Below are positions 1 to 9,306 of a DNA stretch of 32,595 nucleotides, in pieces. Numbering within the stretch: the first letter of the stretch is position 1; every line of letters starts with the position of its first letter. The position numbers were made by a program, and so were the translations under genes. The notes under the pieces were generated by a model. That model was given only the letters and a program-made list of their open reading frames with translations, searched no databases and was not told the origin of the DNA. The DNA comes from Candidatus Iainarchaeum sp. (GTDB lineage Archaea; Iainarchaeota; Iainarchaeia; Iainarchaeales; JAFCCJ01), in NCBI GenBank assembly GCA_043816965.1, contig JBDRHK010000055.1, positions 1 to 32,595 of the forward strand. Reading direction: 5' to 3'.

Positions 1-15
1 TAAGCAAAATACAGA

Positions 16-3000
16 TTAAATAGGGATTGCCCTATCTGATTGCCTTTTTCTTATTATTACAAATGCGACCGACAATGCAACCATAAACACCAGCAAAAGG
101 AGCAGGCTTTCAGGGAGTGAGGGCAAATTCAGCAGTCCGCCGCCATCCCCGCCCAAATCCACATTCAGGACATTTCCCTGTGCAGTGGTGGTAACCTTTC
201 CATCTTCTCCTACCCTTGTGTCAAACCCTAACTGCTTAAAGGCATCAATTAACGGCAGGAGCTGCGCATTTTCAGCATACCAGAGGCCGTTGTCAGGATC
301 ATAGTAGAACGCACCATTCCTTCCCTGCGCAGATGTTAAGGTTTCAGGGGTGCCGTCATTGTAGGTTATAGTTGGAACCCCATTCTCAGCACTGAAATCA
401 ATAGTATGCTCCTTGCCGGTCTCGTCGGTGAATTTTATTCCTGTGGGTGTGTTCACCACCTCACCCACAAAGTCCTTTACTTCGCCAGTTTCCTTGTCAA
501 TAACCTTCATATGGTCATTGCAGTCCTCGTCTGAGTAAAGCACAAACCTTTTTGTTGCGGTGTCGAAAACCTGGAATGGCCCAAGATGCTCCAGAGACTG
601 GTTGAAATTATCCACCTTTGCCTGGGCGAAATCACTATCTGGATCTGCCTTAACCTCCAAATCTATTGCCGGCTCCTCACATTGAGTTTCAGGGTTTGTG
701 GAGGTTGTTAAATTGGCCTTCAATCCATCGGCAAGATTCTGCAGGAGGATTCCCCCCTCATGGTGCTTCAGCCAGATCAAAAAACAGCCATCGTCCTTAA
801 CGACAATTGTGCCGTTCTTAAACTCAATTGACTCAAGGCTCCCGACATCAGGGAAACCGTCACCTGAACCGATAAGCTCAACATCCTTGTTTGCCTTAAT
901 AATAACTCTTGAATTCTCGCCAGGGGCAACCCTTCTTGGGATTCCCTCTGCAACAATCTGGCTGTTAAGCAGAGATATGCTTGGGTGGGAGTCTGTGCGG
1001 ATTGATTCTGCCCTGCCAAATGCCTCTGAAAGCTCATCAGAATCCAGTGGAAGGCCTGTCTGTGCCTCAACACCGCCCTGGATACAATCCAAAAGGTCAT
1101 CATTCCTCACATATGTTTTTCCATCGGCAGAAATTTCGAAAATTGTGGAATTGGAATCCACCACGCAGACCATTGAAAGGGTTTGTGGAATCTCTATTGC
1201 GGGGATTTTGCCGTTAGGCACCGAAAGCCTGACAGCATCCTCATTGCTGACCAGAACCTTTCCATCAAGGCTTAGTTCGCCCTTCTCATTGTCAAACACC
1301 AATGACTGGCCTGTATCTGTATCGGTAACAACCATCTTGCCCTCTGTTTTGTAGACTGAGGGGCTCATTTCACAATTCGGGCCGCACCAGAAATAGAAGA
1401 GTTTTTTTGATGTTAATCCCCCTGTTGTCTGGCCTTTAAGCTTAAGGGTTGCCTGCACTATGTCATTGTCCTCTGCATTGTTAACAAACTGGTCTATTTC
1501 CTTGCCCAAATCCTCGGCGGCGTCTTTGGTGAAGGAATTGCTGTCCCCGCCAAAGGCGTCCTTAACTGTCCCCCCTAAATTGTCGACAAATTCCGAAACC
1601 TTATCTGTAGAACGTTCCGAGGCACCGGCATTCTTTTCAGCCTCTTTTTTGGCGGCAACAAAGTAATGGACATAATAGCCCTCCTCATCATCGACACAAT
1701 CCTGCAGCTGGGGGGCGATTGCCAGCTGGATTGCGACACTTGTGAAAACCCCGCTCCAAAGGAATGTGGCATAGCTTATTGACTCAAGTGTCACAAGCAA
1801 TCCCCCTACCCCCGCCGTTGACGGGGTTATCTTTTTCAGCACCTTCCCTATATTCAGCCAGCCATCACCAATCGTCAGGTCCTCAAGGGCAAGGGAGCAG
1901 GTTCTCCTCTCATTTTGGGCCTCAACCAAATCAATGGTGTCTCCCCTTTCAGTTTCCCCTGAATCAATTTCCTCTGTCTGGCCTGTGAGGTTTGTATGAT
2001 GGGAGTAGGCAATTATTGTCTGGCCCTTATTCTTTGCGGTTTCAGAGCGGGTGTCCTCCAATATATAGGAGTTAATTTCCTGCGTGGAGGTGAAGTAGGG
2101 TGAGAAGTCCTTCAGGCCATCGCTTTTCAATGTAATTGAGCAATTGGGGCAGTCGCTAGGCCGGGAGAGGTAATAGGCAAGGTTTTCGGTCTCGGAACGG
2201 ATTTCATTTTTAGAAAGCTTGTCATAGAGTTCCTTGAACGGGCCGAAGTTATCCGATACCTGGTCAAGGACAAGTTTGTAGGGGAGCTTATTAAGGACCT
2301 GGACAAAAATATCCCCCTGGTCGCTGCCCTCATTAGCGAAGAAATCCATAAATGCGTCATTGTAAATCGGCTCAGAGCGGTGCAGGAACTTTACCTCAAA
2401 CCAGCTGTCAGGGAGCTGATAATATGAAATGTTCTCAAAACCTGCGCCTTTCTTTGCCCACCAGTACCCATAGGGGATTGCTGTCCATTTAACCCCGCCC
2501 TTAATTGAGAAATAGGTCTTAATCAGCTCATCCTCCTCAGCCATCAGTTTGTCCAGGGCATTCCAATATCCCCTCCCCCCGAAATTCCTTTCCTTAACGG
2601 TATCAAGCATCTGATCAATATTATTGGGAATCTGGTGGATGTTTCTTCCGACCCGTGGATTGGTGATTCTCAGGGAAAATTCCTCGGGGGTTAGTATCTG
2701 TGATTGGGCCCATTGGCCGTCAAACAACTCTGCATTGGTGCTAAGCCTGCCCTGGATAAGCTTCACAGACCCAGGGTTGTATGGGACGAATTCCCCATAG
2801 TCTGTTTTGGCCCATTTATTGCTGAACTGCTTTGCGCCTGCCTGCAGGTTTGAATAAGAAAGGCCTTGCCCTTTTACAGCTGTGCTTGGGTCAAAAGCAT
2901 AAAGAATCAGGTTCCCGACATCATCGGTTTGGTAGGCGACATTGTATTGCGCTATCTCATCAGCCATGCCCTTCCAGTTTCCTGACTCAGAGAATTTTTC

Positions 3001-4476
3001 AAACAGCACCCTCATATGCCTGTGTTCCTTGTATAGGTCAATAATCTCACCAGTGCCCGCATTCCTGATTCCCTTGTTCCAGAATTGGCTTGAGTGGTTT
3101 TTCACCATATATTCGGGCATGTCCATTTTCAGGCCGTCATCAATCCCCATCATCCAGTCAGTGGTTGCCCTTCCATAATCAATAAGTGCGCTCCTTGCGG
3201 CAGGAGTATTGAGGCCTCCCTCAGAAGCTGCCTTATATGCCTCCTTTGCGGCCTTTAAGTTTGCATCCCCTGCCCTTGCAAAGCTTCTCATTTCAGTCAG
3301 GGTTTTAACAAAATCCTTTTTAGCCTGCGGCGATTTTATGTTATCAAGGAACCCGCCTTTCTTGCTCATCTCCCCCCACCAGTCCTGGAATTCCTGAGTC
3401 GTGGAAAGGGTCCAGCCATGGGTATCGCCATCCTTCCCTACGACCATGTCCTGAAACCACTGCCTCCAGCCATTATGGTCTATGCGGTCATGCATCCTGT
3501 GCATGGTGAGGTCCCCAAGGAAGGACTCATGCGTAACCAGCCTCCTCCTGAAGAAGTCCATAAAATCATCCCACTTCTGCCTCGCCCCAAGGGCATTAAA
3601 AATTCCCCTTCTCTTGGTCCAGCCAAACATCTTTGTTGTTGCACCTATGGTTGCCGGGCCAAAACTGCTAAAAACCATCTCAGTGCTGGCATAGGCGTTG
3701 AAGTATTTGTCAAAAACAGAATAGGTGTTTATTACTGAAGAGGGGTTTCCTGAATTGGTCTGCATTTCGGCCTCAAATCCCTCGGCAAGGATTGTGTTGT
3801 CAATCATCCTGCCCTTTTCCCTGCTCAAAGTCTGGTAATCAAATGTTTCAGGGTCCTGGCTCTCAAATTTGCTCCTGAGGTCTGCGTTCTCCTCAGGGGT
3901 CAGCAGCTTGAAATCCTCCTCATCCTTCCAGAACTTCGAAAAATCGGTTGCGACATTTTTCACATTATTGACTATTCCAGCTCCTGAAGTCCTGACAAAC
4001 AGGTTTCCCCCTGTCAAGGCGCAGCTAACATTGTAATCAATATCATTGCACCTTCCTGCCCTCAGAGTGTCCTCAAGCACAATGCCAAAGGCATATGCCC
4101 CGTCAATGTAATTGTTCAGGATGTGGGACATCTCCCAGGGCTCCATTTTCTTGTTCGGCATCTCAGCCTTTACAGCGCTGTTTGAATCGCCTGAAACAAT
4201 TATCACCTCATTGCCCTCCATCTCTTCCCTGTCCTCAATTGCGGGCGCGCCTGAATCCAATTCGGCACCATTAAAGCCACCCTTCACAACATCAAGGATA
4301 TTGTTTGCCTCTTCAGGGGTGAGGGATTTAGGTTCCTCGCAAACAAACTGGTCTATGATTGTTTCACTAACGGCATCTGGTTCAGGGGCACTATCCTCTG
4401 CCTGAAAAGAAACCGTGCTTGCATAAGTAGTGTTAAGAAGAAGGACAATTATCAAAAGGCAAAGGGCTTTTTTCAT
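16..4476 (-). CDS. Large secreted, C-terminally membrane-anchored surface protein (1486 aa), function unknown
   Basis: N-terminal Sec signal peptide (MKKALCLLIIVLLLNTTYA) and GGTGA RBS at 4481-4485. The body is acidic and Cys-containing. The C-terminus is a Gly linker, LPSLPE, a TM helix and an RKR basic tail. Internal hydrophobic/amphipathic segments are present. Confidence 0.85.
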   Translation of the reverse strand: MKKALCLLIIVLLLNTTYASTVSFQAEDSAPEPDAVSETIIDQFVCEEPKSLTPEEANNILDVVKGGFNGAELDSGAPAIEDREEMEGNEVIIVSGDSNSAVKAEMPNKKMEPWEMSHILNNYIDGAYAFGIVLEDTLRAGRCNDIDYNVSCALTGGNLFVRTSGAGIVNNVKNVATDFSKFWKDEEDFKLLTPEENADLRSKFESQDPETFDYQTLSREKGRMIDNTILAEGFEAEMQTNSGNPSSVINTYSVFDKYFNAYASTEMVFSSFGPATIGATTKMFGWTKRRGIFNALGARQKWDDFMDFFRRRLVTHESFLGDLTMHRMHDRIDHNGWRQWFQDMVVGKDGDTHGWTLSTTQEFQDWWGEMSKKGGFLDNIKSPQAKKDFVKTLTEMRSFARAGDANLKAAKEAYKAASEGGLNTPAARSALIDYGRATTDWMMGIDDGLKMDMPEYMVKNHSSQFWNKGIRNAGTGEIIDLYKEHRHMRVLFEKFSESGNWKGMADEIAQYNVAYQTDDVGNLILYAFDPSTAVKGQGLSYSNLQAGAKQFSNKWAKTDYGEFVPYNPGSVKLIQGRLSTNAELFDGQWAQSQILTPEEFSLRITNPRVGRNIHQIPNNIDQMLDTVKERNFGGRGYWNALDKLMAEEDELIKTYFSIKGGVKWTAIPYGYWWAKKGAGFENISYYQLPDSWFEVKFLHRSEPIYNDAFMDFFANEGSDQGDIFVQVLNKLPYKLVLDQVSDNFGPFKELYDKLSKNEIRSETENLAYYLSRPSDCPNCSITLKSDGLKDFSPYFTSTQEINSYILEDTRSETAKNKGQTIIAYSHHTNLTGQTEEIDSGETERGDTIDLVEAQNERRTCSLALEDLTIGDGWLNIGKVLKKITPSTAGVGGLLVTLESISYATFLWSGVFTSVAIQLAIAPQLQDCVDDEEGYYVHYFVAAKKEAEKNAGASERSTDKVSEFVDNLGGTVKDAFGGDSNSFTKDAAEDLGKEIDQFVNNAEDNDIVQATLKLKGQTTGGLTSKKLFYFWCGPNCEMSPSVYKTEGKMVVTDTDTGQSLVFDNEKGELSLDGKVLVSNEDAVRLSVPNGKIPAIEIPQTLSMVCVVDSNSTIFEISADGKTYVRNDDLLDCIQGGVEAQTGLPLDSDELSEAFGRAESIRTDSHPSISLLNSQIVAEGIPRRVAPGENSRVIIKANKDVELIGSGDGFPDVGSLESIEFKNGTIVVKDDGCFLIWLKHHEGGILLQNLADGLKANLTTSTNPETQCEEPAIDLEVKADPDSDFAQAKVDNFNQSLEHLGPFQVFDTATKRFVLYSDEDCNDHMKVIDKETGEVKDFVGEVVNTPTGIKFTDETGKEHTIDFSAENGVPTITYNDGTPETLTSAQGRNGAFYYDPDNGLWYAENAQLLPLIDAFKQLGFDTRVGEDGKVTTTAQGNVLNVDLGGDGGGLLNLPSLPESLLLLLVFMVALSVAFVIIRKRQSDRAIPI

Positions 4477-4490
4477 CTGTTCACCAATTA

Positions 4491-4530
4491 TTCCAGGGAT
4501 AATAAAACTGCTCCAAGGATAATAAAACTA
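4491..4530. repeat. Imperfect 20-bp tandem repeat upstream of the 1486-aa gene
   Basis: ttccagggataataaaactg / ctccaaggataataaaacta, 17 of 20 identical. It lies between an AT-rich TATA-like stretch (about 4537-4551) and the RBS. Confidence 0.8.
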
Positions 4531-4563
4531 ATGCCATTTATATTATATATTTGTTTCCTCAGG

Positions 4564-5100
4564 CTAAAGGCTGAAAAAGATGAGGAAAAAAACACCTACC
4601 CATGACCAGGGAATTATAAAAAGCACAATAACCGCCGTAATAAGCACCATCAGGAAAGTCGCAATCAGAACATTGAGATAACCGCCCTTTGGCCAATTTT
4701 CCTCAAACTTCTCAAGCAGGAACACCCCCACAAACTCTAAGGGAAGAACCAGGATTGTAAGAACCGCAACAACAAGGATATGCCTTATCAGGACAAAAAG
4801 AGTAGAGACGGCCATTTCCAGAAAGCTATTCGCGAAAGCTTCCGGAATTGTGCCAATCTGGGTTTCCCACAGGGAGCTGACAAAGGGGAGAAAGTAAAAA
4901 ACAAAAGTTATTATGAAGAGGAGAATATAGGTAATTACTGCCGCAGAAAGAAACCAGTTCAGTTTGAATTTTTCCGCAATTCTCTTTCTCACATAGATGG
5001 AAATCAGTACCAAAACAAATATGGGGATTGTGAAAATAATGGTGCCTTTCAGCAAATCAACAATTGAGAAAATTATCTTGATAATAATGTCTAATACCAT
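4564..5100 (-). CDS. Hypothetical polytopic membrane protein (178 aa, about 4 TM)
   Basis: ATG start, very hydrophobic with about four TM-length segments, TATA-like box about 21 nt upstream. Confidence 0.8.
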   Translation of the reverse strand: MVLDIIIKIIFSIVDLLKGTIIFTIPIFVLVLISIYVRKRIAEKFKLNWFLSAAVITYILLFIITFVFYFLPFVSSLWETQIGTIPEAFANSFLEMAVSTLFVLIRHILVVAVLTILVLPLEFVGVFLLEKFEENWPKGGYLNVLIATFLMVLITAVIVLFIIPWSWVGVFFLIFFSL

Positions 5101-5150
5101 GGAAAGAATATTTATAAACTAATATAAATAACTTTAGTACGGCGATATTA
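5101..5150. promoter_or_regulatory. Compact bidirectional archaeal promoter region
   Basis: 50-bp AT-rich spacer between divergent ATGs. The aatataaata at 5121-5130 reads as a TATA box on both strands, about 20 nt from each start. A further TTTATAAA lies at 5111-5118. Confidence 0.55.
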
Positions 5151-6980
5151 ATGGGTTTGGCACAGATTGCAATAGATATTCTCCTCGCAGGGTATGTTTT
5201 CTTCAGCTGGACAACCATTGGCTATATTTTTCTTCGGACAGGCTGGCCAAAGATAAGGGTGCTTCCCAAAGAGGTTCGCCTTGGCTGGGCGCTCGTGATC
5301 ACACTTGCACTTAACATAACCATAATAATTTCATCCCTTCTTCTTGCATTTTTGCTTCCCTTCACTTCCTTCCGCGGATATCTTTTGCTGAATTTGATTG
5401 TTTTTTCATTCACAGGGATAGCTGTTCTAACCGCGAGAAGGAAACTGTTTACAGGGAGAACTGTTTCAGTAAGTGTTCCAAAATCTGTCGGCGAAAAAAT
5501 CACCACTGCCGAATCCGGCAAAACAGGCAAACCAAGGAAGGGAGATATCATCATCTCGAAAAAAGGGATGGAAAAACTTGATGAGCTTAGTAAAAGCTTT
5601 GATGCAAAAAGAGCCGCTGAAAAGAAAGTGGCCCTTGAAAAGAGACTGACTGCTGAAAATAAAATTGAAAATTTAATGGGGATGATTCCGAAAAAGGATG
5701 TGCAGGCTGAAATGAAAATGGCTGAACCAAAAGCAGTTAAAGTTGAGGCAAAAAAAGTTCAGGAAAAAGATATGTTAACGGCCGCGCCTCCCAAACCAAA
5801 AGAGGCCGGCATGCCAAAGAAAGAAACGCCAGTAAAACAGGGAGGGGATATTTTCGGAAGATTGAGGGGCATATTTGGCGGTGGGGGGAAAGTTAAATCT
5901 GAAAAGCCTGCTGTTGCGGAATCCAAAGAACCAATGCCCGCAAAAATCGAGGATCCTGTTTTTTCCAGGCCCGCATCTGAAAAGATTGCGCCCGTACCAA
6001 AACCAGAACCGGTGGCAAAACCAGAACCGGCAAAGCCAGGGAAATGGGCTGCGGCAAAACCGGCCGCTGTGAAACAGAAAAAGGTTGTACCTGCCCCAAT
6101 GAAAGTTGTAGATTTTAAACCTGGGAAAATTGATAAAGTTAAAAAGCCGGCTGAAGCCAAATCTGAAAGGCCTGAAGGAGCACTTGCAAGATTGAGGATG
6201 AAGCTGGAGAAAAAAGAGGCCACCCAGGAAACAAAAGAAAAAGATAAAAAAGCAGAAGAGAAGCTATCAGGGATTGAGATTATCGATCTTCCGGCACCAA
6301 AAATTGAGGAAGGCATGCCTGCCCCCTTGCCAGGTCAAAATGAATTTGCCGGGAAAAAGAAAGGCTTGTTTGACAGATTGAGCAATGTGTTAAAGAAACA
6401 GGAAGTAAAGCCCGGACCCATAATAGCTGAGAGCAAAACGCCAAGTGTTATGGAGGCACTCGAGAGAAAAAGGTTAATGCGGGAAAATGCCGGGCAAAGG
6501 GCTGCACAACCCCCAAAACCAGAACAAGGGGAGATTAAGAAAGCTGCTAAAGGGGAAGTGGAGGCTGATATTGCATCTGAGCCCTCCGAGGAAAAGGAAC
6601 AGACCGAAAAGATAATAAAGGACAAGAAAGATGACATTCTAAGAAGCCTGAAAAAAATAATGAATAAGGAACTAGCACCAGAAAGCCCTGAAATAAGCCT
6701 TGAGGGAAAATCAACCAATCCCCTCTGGAAAAACTTCAGGGACGAGGTAAATCTAAAAGCGCGTGGAAAATTACATAAGGCCGCTGCCAGGGAGAAAGGC
6801 ATTGGGTGGAATGATATGGGTGATGTTGAAGAGCTCAGCAAGATGGATGAGCAAATTGAAGAAATAAGTGGTGAGATTTCAAAATCCGATGTTGATGAGG
6901 GCGACCCCCTCTATAGGTTGATGAAACTTTCAGGGGAACTGCCGGATAAGAAAAAGAAAAAGGGGAAGAATGATGTCTGA
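5151..6980 (+). CDS. Membrane-anchored protein (about 3 N-terminal TM) with long Lys/Glu/Pro/Ala-rich low-complexity tail (609 aa)
   Basis: Three hydrophobic segments in the first ~95 aa, followed by a highly charged tail with PKPEP-type repeats and short amphipathic motifs (IFGRLRGIFG, LFDRLSNVL). Confidence 0.8.
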   Translation: MGLAQIAIDILLAGYVFFSWTTIGYIFLRTGWPKIRVLPKEVRLGWALVITLALNITIIISSLLLAFLLPFTSFRGYLLLNLIVFSFTGIAVLTARRKLFTGRTVSVSVPKSVGEKITTAESGKTGKPRKGDIIISKKGMEKLDELSKSFDAKRAAEKKVALEKRLTAENKIENLMGMIPKKDVQAEMKMAEPKAVKVEAKKVQEKDMLTAAPPKPKEAGMPKKETPVKQGGDIFGRLRGIFGGGGKVKSEKPAVAESKEPMPAKIEDPVFSRPASEKIAPVPKPEPVAKPEPAKPGKWAAAKPAAVKQKKVVPAPMKVVDFKPGKIDKVKKPAEAKSERPEGALARLRMKLEKKEATQETKEKDKKAEEKLSGIEIIDLPAPKIEEGMPAPLPGQNEFAGKKKGLFDRLSNVLKKQEVKPGPIIAESKTPSVMEALERKRLMRENAGQRAAQPPKPEQGEIKKAAKGEVEADIASEPSEEKEQTEKIIKDKKDDILRSLKKIMNKELAPESPEISLEGKSTNPLWKNFRDEVNLKARGKLHKAAAREKGIGWNDMGDVEELSKMDEQIEEISGEISKSDVDEGDPLYRLMKLSGELPDKKKKKGKNDV

Positions 6981-7968
6981 GGGGAATATGCCAAGAAGGC
7001 TTAGGCGATTCGAGCGTAGGGGAGAGGATGTGAGCTCCTTTGGAGGGGATAAATGGGGCGCCGAAAAAAACAATGAATCCAAGGGCTGGGGATTTGGGGT
7101 CAGCTCTGTTGAAAAGCCCCAAAAAAGAAGAGGGGGTGATTTGAACAGCGCCATTCAGGCACTTCCACAAAGCAAGAGTGATGAGATTAGCGAAACGATT
7201 TATCAGCAGATTACTTCGGGGGGAGAAATAAAAAAGCAAAGCACAAAGCTTGTCCACAATGAAGTGAAGAAGTTCAGGAAAGAGCATAACCGCTACCCTA
7301 AAGAGACCGAACTTGAGGAAATTTCGGGAAACATATTTGACCAGATAAGGGAGGAGATGGCGAGGGAGGAGATTCTGAAAAGAGACCTCGAAAAGAAACA
7401 AAGGGCCCTGAAAGAGATGAAGGATATGGGTGAGGGCTGGAAAGAAGACCCTGTCCGGGGGATAGGGGATGGTTTTGAAACTCTGGATGGTAGGGAAGAT
7501 AGTGTTAAGGACAGGAGAGACAGGAGAAGGAGGGGCAGATCTGGTGCGCAGGAAAACCCTGAAGACAAAAAGTTCCCCCCAAAGGAGGATTTCCTTGGCA
7601 CCGAAAAAAGGCCCGCCCATCAGGAGGATGCGATTAAAGATTTAAGTGTTGAGGGGCTTTTCGATGAGGGAAATGATGATGATTTGAGCCTTGATGAACT
7701 TGATAAAGTTGGCGGCGGGGAATTGGGTGAAGAGGACCTAACACTCACTGATTTGGAGGGGGATGAGCACATAACCAAAGATGTTGAAACCGATAAAAAC
7801 CGGTGCCCGAAATGCAAAACAAGGACAGACCACATAATATTCTGCTCAGAGTGCGGCCAGGGATTCTGCAACCACTGCGCAAGGGGTATTGAGGTTCAGG
7901 ACGAGGATGTAAAATACACCTGCCCTAAATGCGGAAAGCAGTTTAAGGTTAAGAAAGGGAAGCCCTGA
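6970..7968 (+). CDS. Charged/acidic protein with C-terminal 8-Cys zinc finger (332 aa)
   Basis: Overlaps the upstream stop, suggesting translational coupling. The C-terminus has CPKC-x9-CSEC-x4-CNHC-x14-CPKC after an Asp/Glu-rich linker. Confidence 0.8.
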   Translation: MMSEGNMPRRLRRFERRGEDVSSFGGDKWGAEKNNESKGWGFGVSSVEKPQKRRGGDLNSAIQALPQSKSDEISETIYQQITSGGEIKKQSTKLVHNEVKKFRKEHNRYPKETELEEISGNIFDQIREEMAREEILKRDLEKKQRALKEMKDMGEGWKEDPVRGIGDGFETLDGREDSVKDRRDRRRRGRSGAQENPEDKKFPPKEDFLGTEKRPAHQEDAIKDLSVEGLFDEGNDDDLSLDELDKVGGGELGEEDLTLTDLEGDEHITKDVETDKNRCPKCKTRTDHIIFCSECGQGFCNHCARGIEVQDEDVKYTCPKCGKQFKVKKGKP

Positions 7969-8695
7969 TATCTTCAAGATCCCTGCAACCCCAACCAGTC
8001 TCCTCATCAAAAGTCTCATTAAAAATATCTGACGGAAGCTGCTTTGGGTTCCATACAACTAATTCTGTTTCAGCCGCTATTGTTTTATAATCCCTCTTGG
8101 CCGGATCCTCCTTAGCCAGCAGTATTTTTGAAAAGGATGCCGCAGTATTTCCCACATTGGTCTTGAGTATGTCCTTTTTCCGGTCTGAAACCAAACTGCA
8201 AATATAGTCGATATGTGCAGGGTCTGATGGGGTGACATCTACGGAACGCCCATGCCCAATTGTAAATTTGCTAAGATGAACCAAAGTGAAGGCATATTTC
8301 CTGTCCTCCGAAACCACTATTGTGAAAAAATAGTCATTGGAAGAACTATAAGGGGACATAACTGCATTGATATCATCCGCCAATACCACTATTATTTCCT
8401 CGCTGAATTTTTCATCATCAGAATAATCCTCCTTAACATATGCCAAAAGATAGTCTATTTCCGCACCATACTCGTAAAGGGACTGGGTGGTGTCCCTTGC
8501 GGTGGAACTGTAAAGGATTGTTTTAAGCGCGCTCGCAGTAAACTCGGCATTGAATTCCCTGTTTATCTGCCTCGAGATATTCTCTCCGTAAGTTGCGGAA
8601 AAAACAAACAGGAAAACGCATAGCCCTGAGACTATCAGCAGGAAATACATTGCATCAGTTATTGCCGCCTGCCCTTTTTCCCCTACTCTGCCCAT
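7949..8695 (-). CDS. Class III signal peptide (type IV pilin-like) protein, 248 aa
   Basis: EKG/QAAITDAMYFLLIVSGLCVFLFVF cleavage site plus hydrophobic helix. GGTGGTG RBS. Overlaps the upstream gene's stop. Confidence 0.8.
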   Translation of the reverse strand: MGRVGEKGQAAITDAMYFLLIVSGLCVFLFVFSATYGENISRQINREFNAEFTASALKTILYSSTARDTTQSLYEYGAEIDYLLAYVKEDYSDDEKFSEEIIVVLADDINAVMSPYSSSNDYFFTIVVSEDRKYAFTLVHLSKFTIGHGRSVDVTPSDPAHIDYICSLVSDRKKDILKTNVGNTAASFSKILLAKEDPAKRDYKTIAAETELVVWNPKQLPSDIFNETFDEETGWGCRDLEDIRASLS

Positions 8696-9306
8696 GCAAC
8701 CACCACCAAATGCATTGGCCTAACAACCTTGTTCTGCTGCAGGGCAATTGGGTAAATCCTGTAAACCACATCGCGGTATCTTGAGCCCTCAAATGTAAGC
8801 TCCTCGTCCTTGTCCACATTCGCACACCTGTACTCAGAATCTATATTTCCATCCCCGTCATTGTCATCCTCCGCATTCCCGTTATCATCCCTGTTATTGT
8901 AGCCAACAGGGTCAAGTTCATCATCCTCATCCACATTGTCATTCACAAATTTCAGATTGTAAACATCTATTCCCTGATAATCGACAATGGGATTAGACAG
9001 GCCAAGCTTGAAATATTCCGGCGCAGTCATTGCGTTTGTTAGGCCAGCCACATATTTCATTTTTGTGACAGGCAGTGTGCCGCATTTTTTGCTGAAATCG
9101 TCAGGCCCTGTTATGAAAGAATCGCCCCTCAGAATGCCGGAAATATTTGCCACTGTCAAATCGTTCTCAAAGGACGCGGTCATCTGCCCATATCTCGCAA
9201 GCGCAAAGGAGAATGTGGAAAAGAAAATTATGAGGGCAAAGATAAGCGGGATTAGTGACGGGAGGTCGTCCCCTATCGGACCGATAAAGCCTTTCCTGTT
9301 CAGCAT
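8683..9306 (-). CDS. Class III signal peptide pilin-like protein with Asp-rich DxDxDG insert, 207 aa
   Basis: NRKG/FIGPIGDDLPSLIPLIFALIIFF; purine-rich RBS (GAGGAGGG); acidic segment containing DDNDGDGNIDSE. Confidence 0.75.
   Translation of the reverse strand: MLNRKGFIGPIGDDLPSLIPLIFALIIFFSTFSFALARYGQMTASFENDLTVANISGILRGDSFITGPDDFSKKCGTLPVTKMKYVAGLTNAMTAPEYFKLGLSNPIVDYQGIDVYNLKFVNDNVDEDDELDPVGYNNRDDNGNAEDDNDGDGNIDSEYRCANVDKDEELTFEGSRYRDVVYRIYPIALQQNKVVRPMHLVVVAWAE

Noticed and set aside
698..1354. 218-aa plus-strand ORF and the many other Ser-rich antisense ORFs in the track (e.g. 5759..6316, 6835..7620, 11353..11865, 20529..21203, 29256..29783)
   Set aside because: They are antisense shadows of well-supported genes, with no motifs or translation signals.
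5998..6030. 15-bp direct repeat caaaaccagaaccgg with an 18-bp period
   Set aside because: It simply encodes the KPEP peptide repeat in a low-complexity region.
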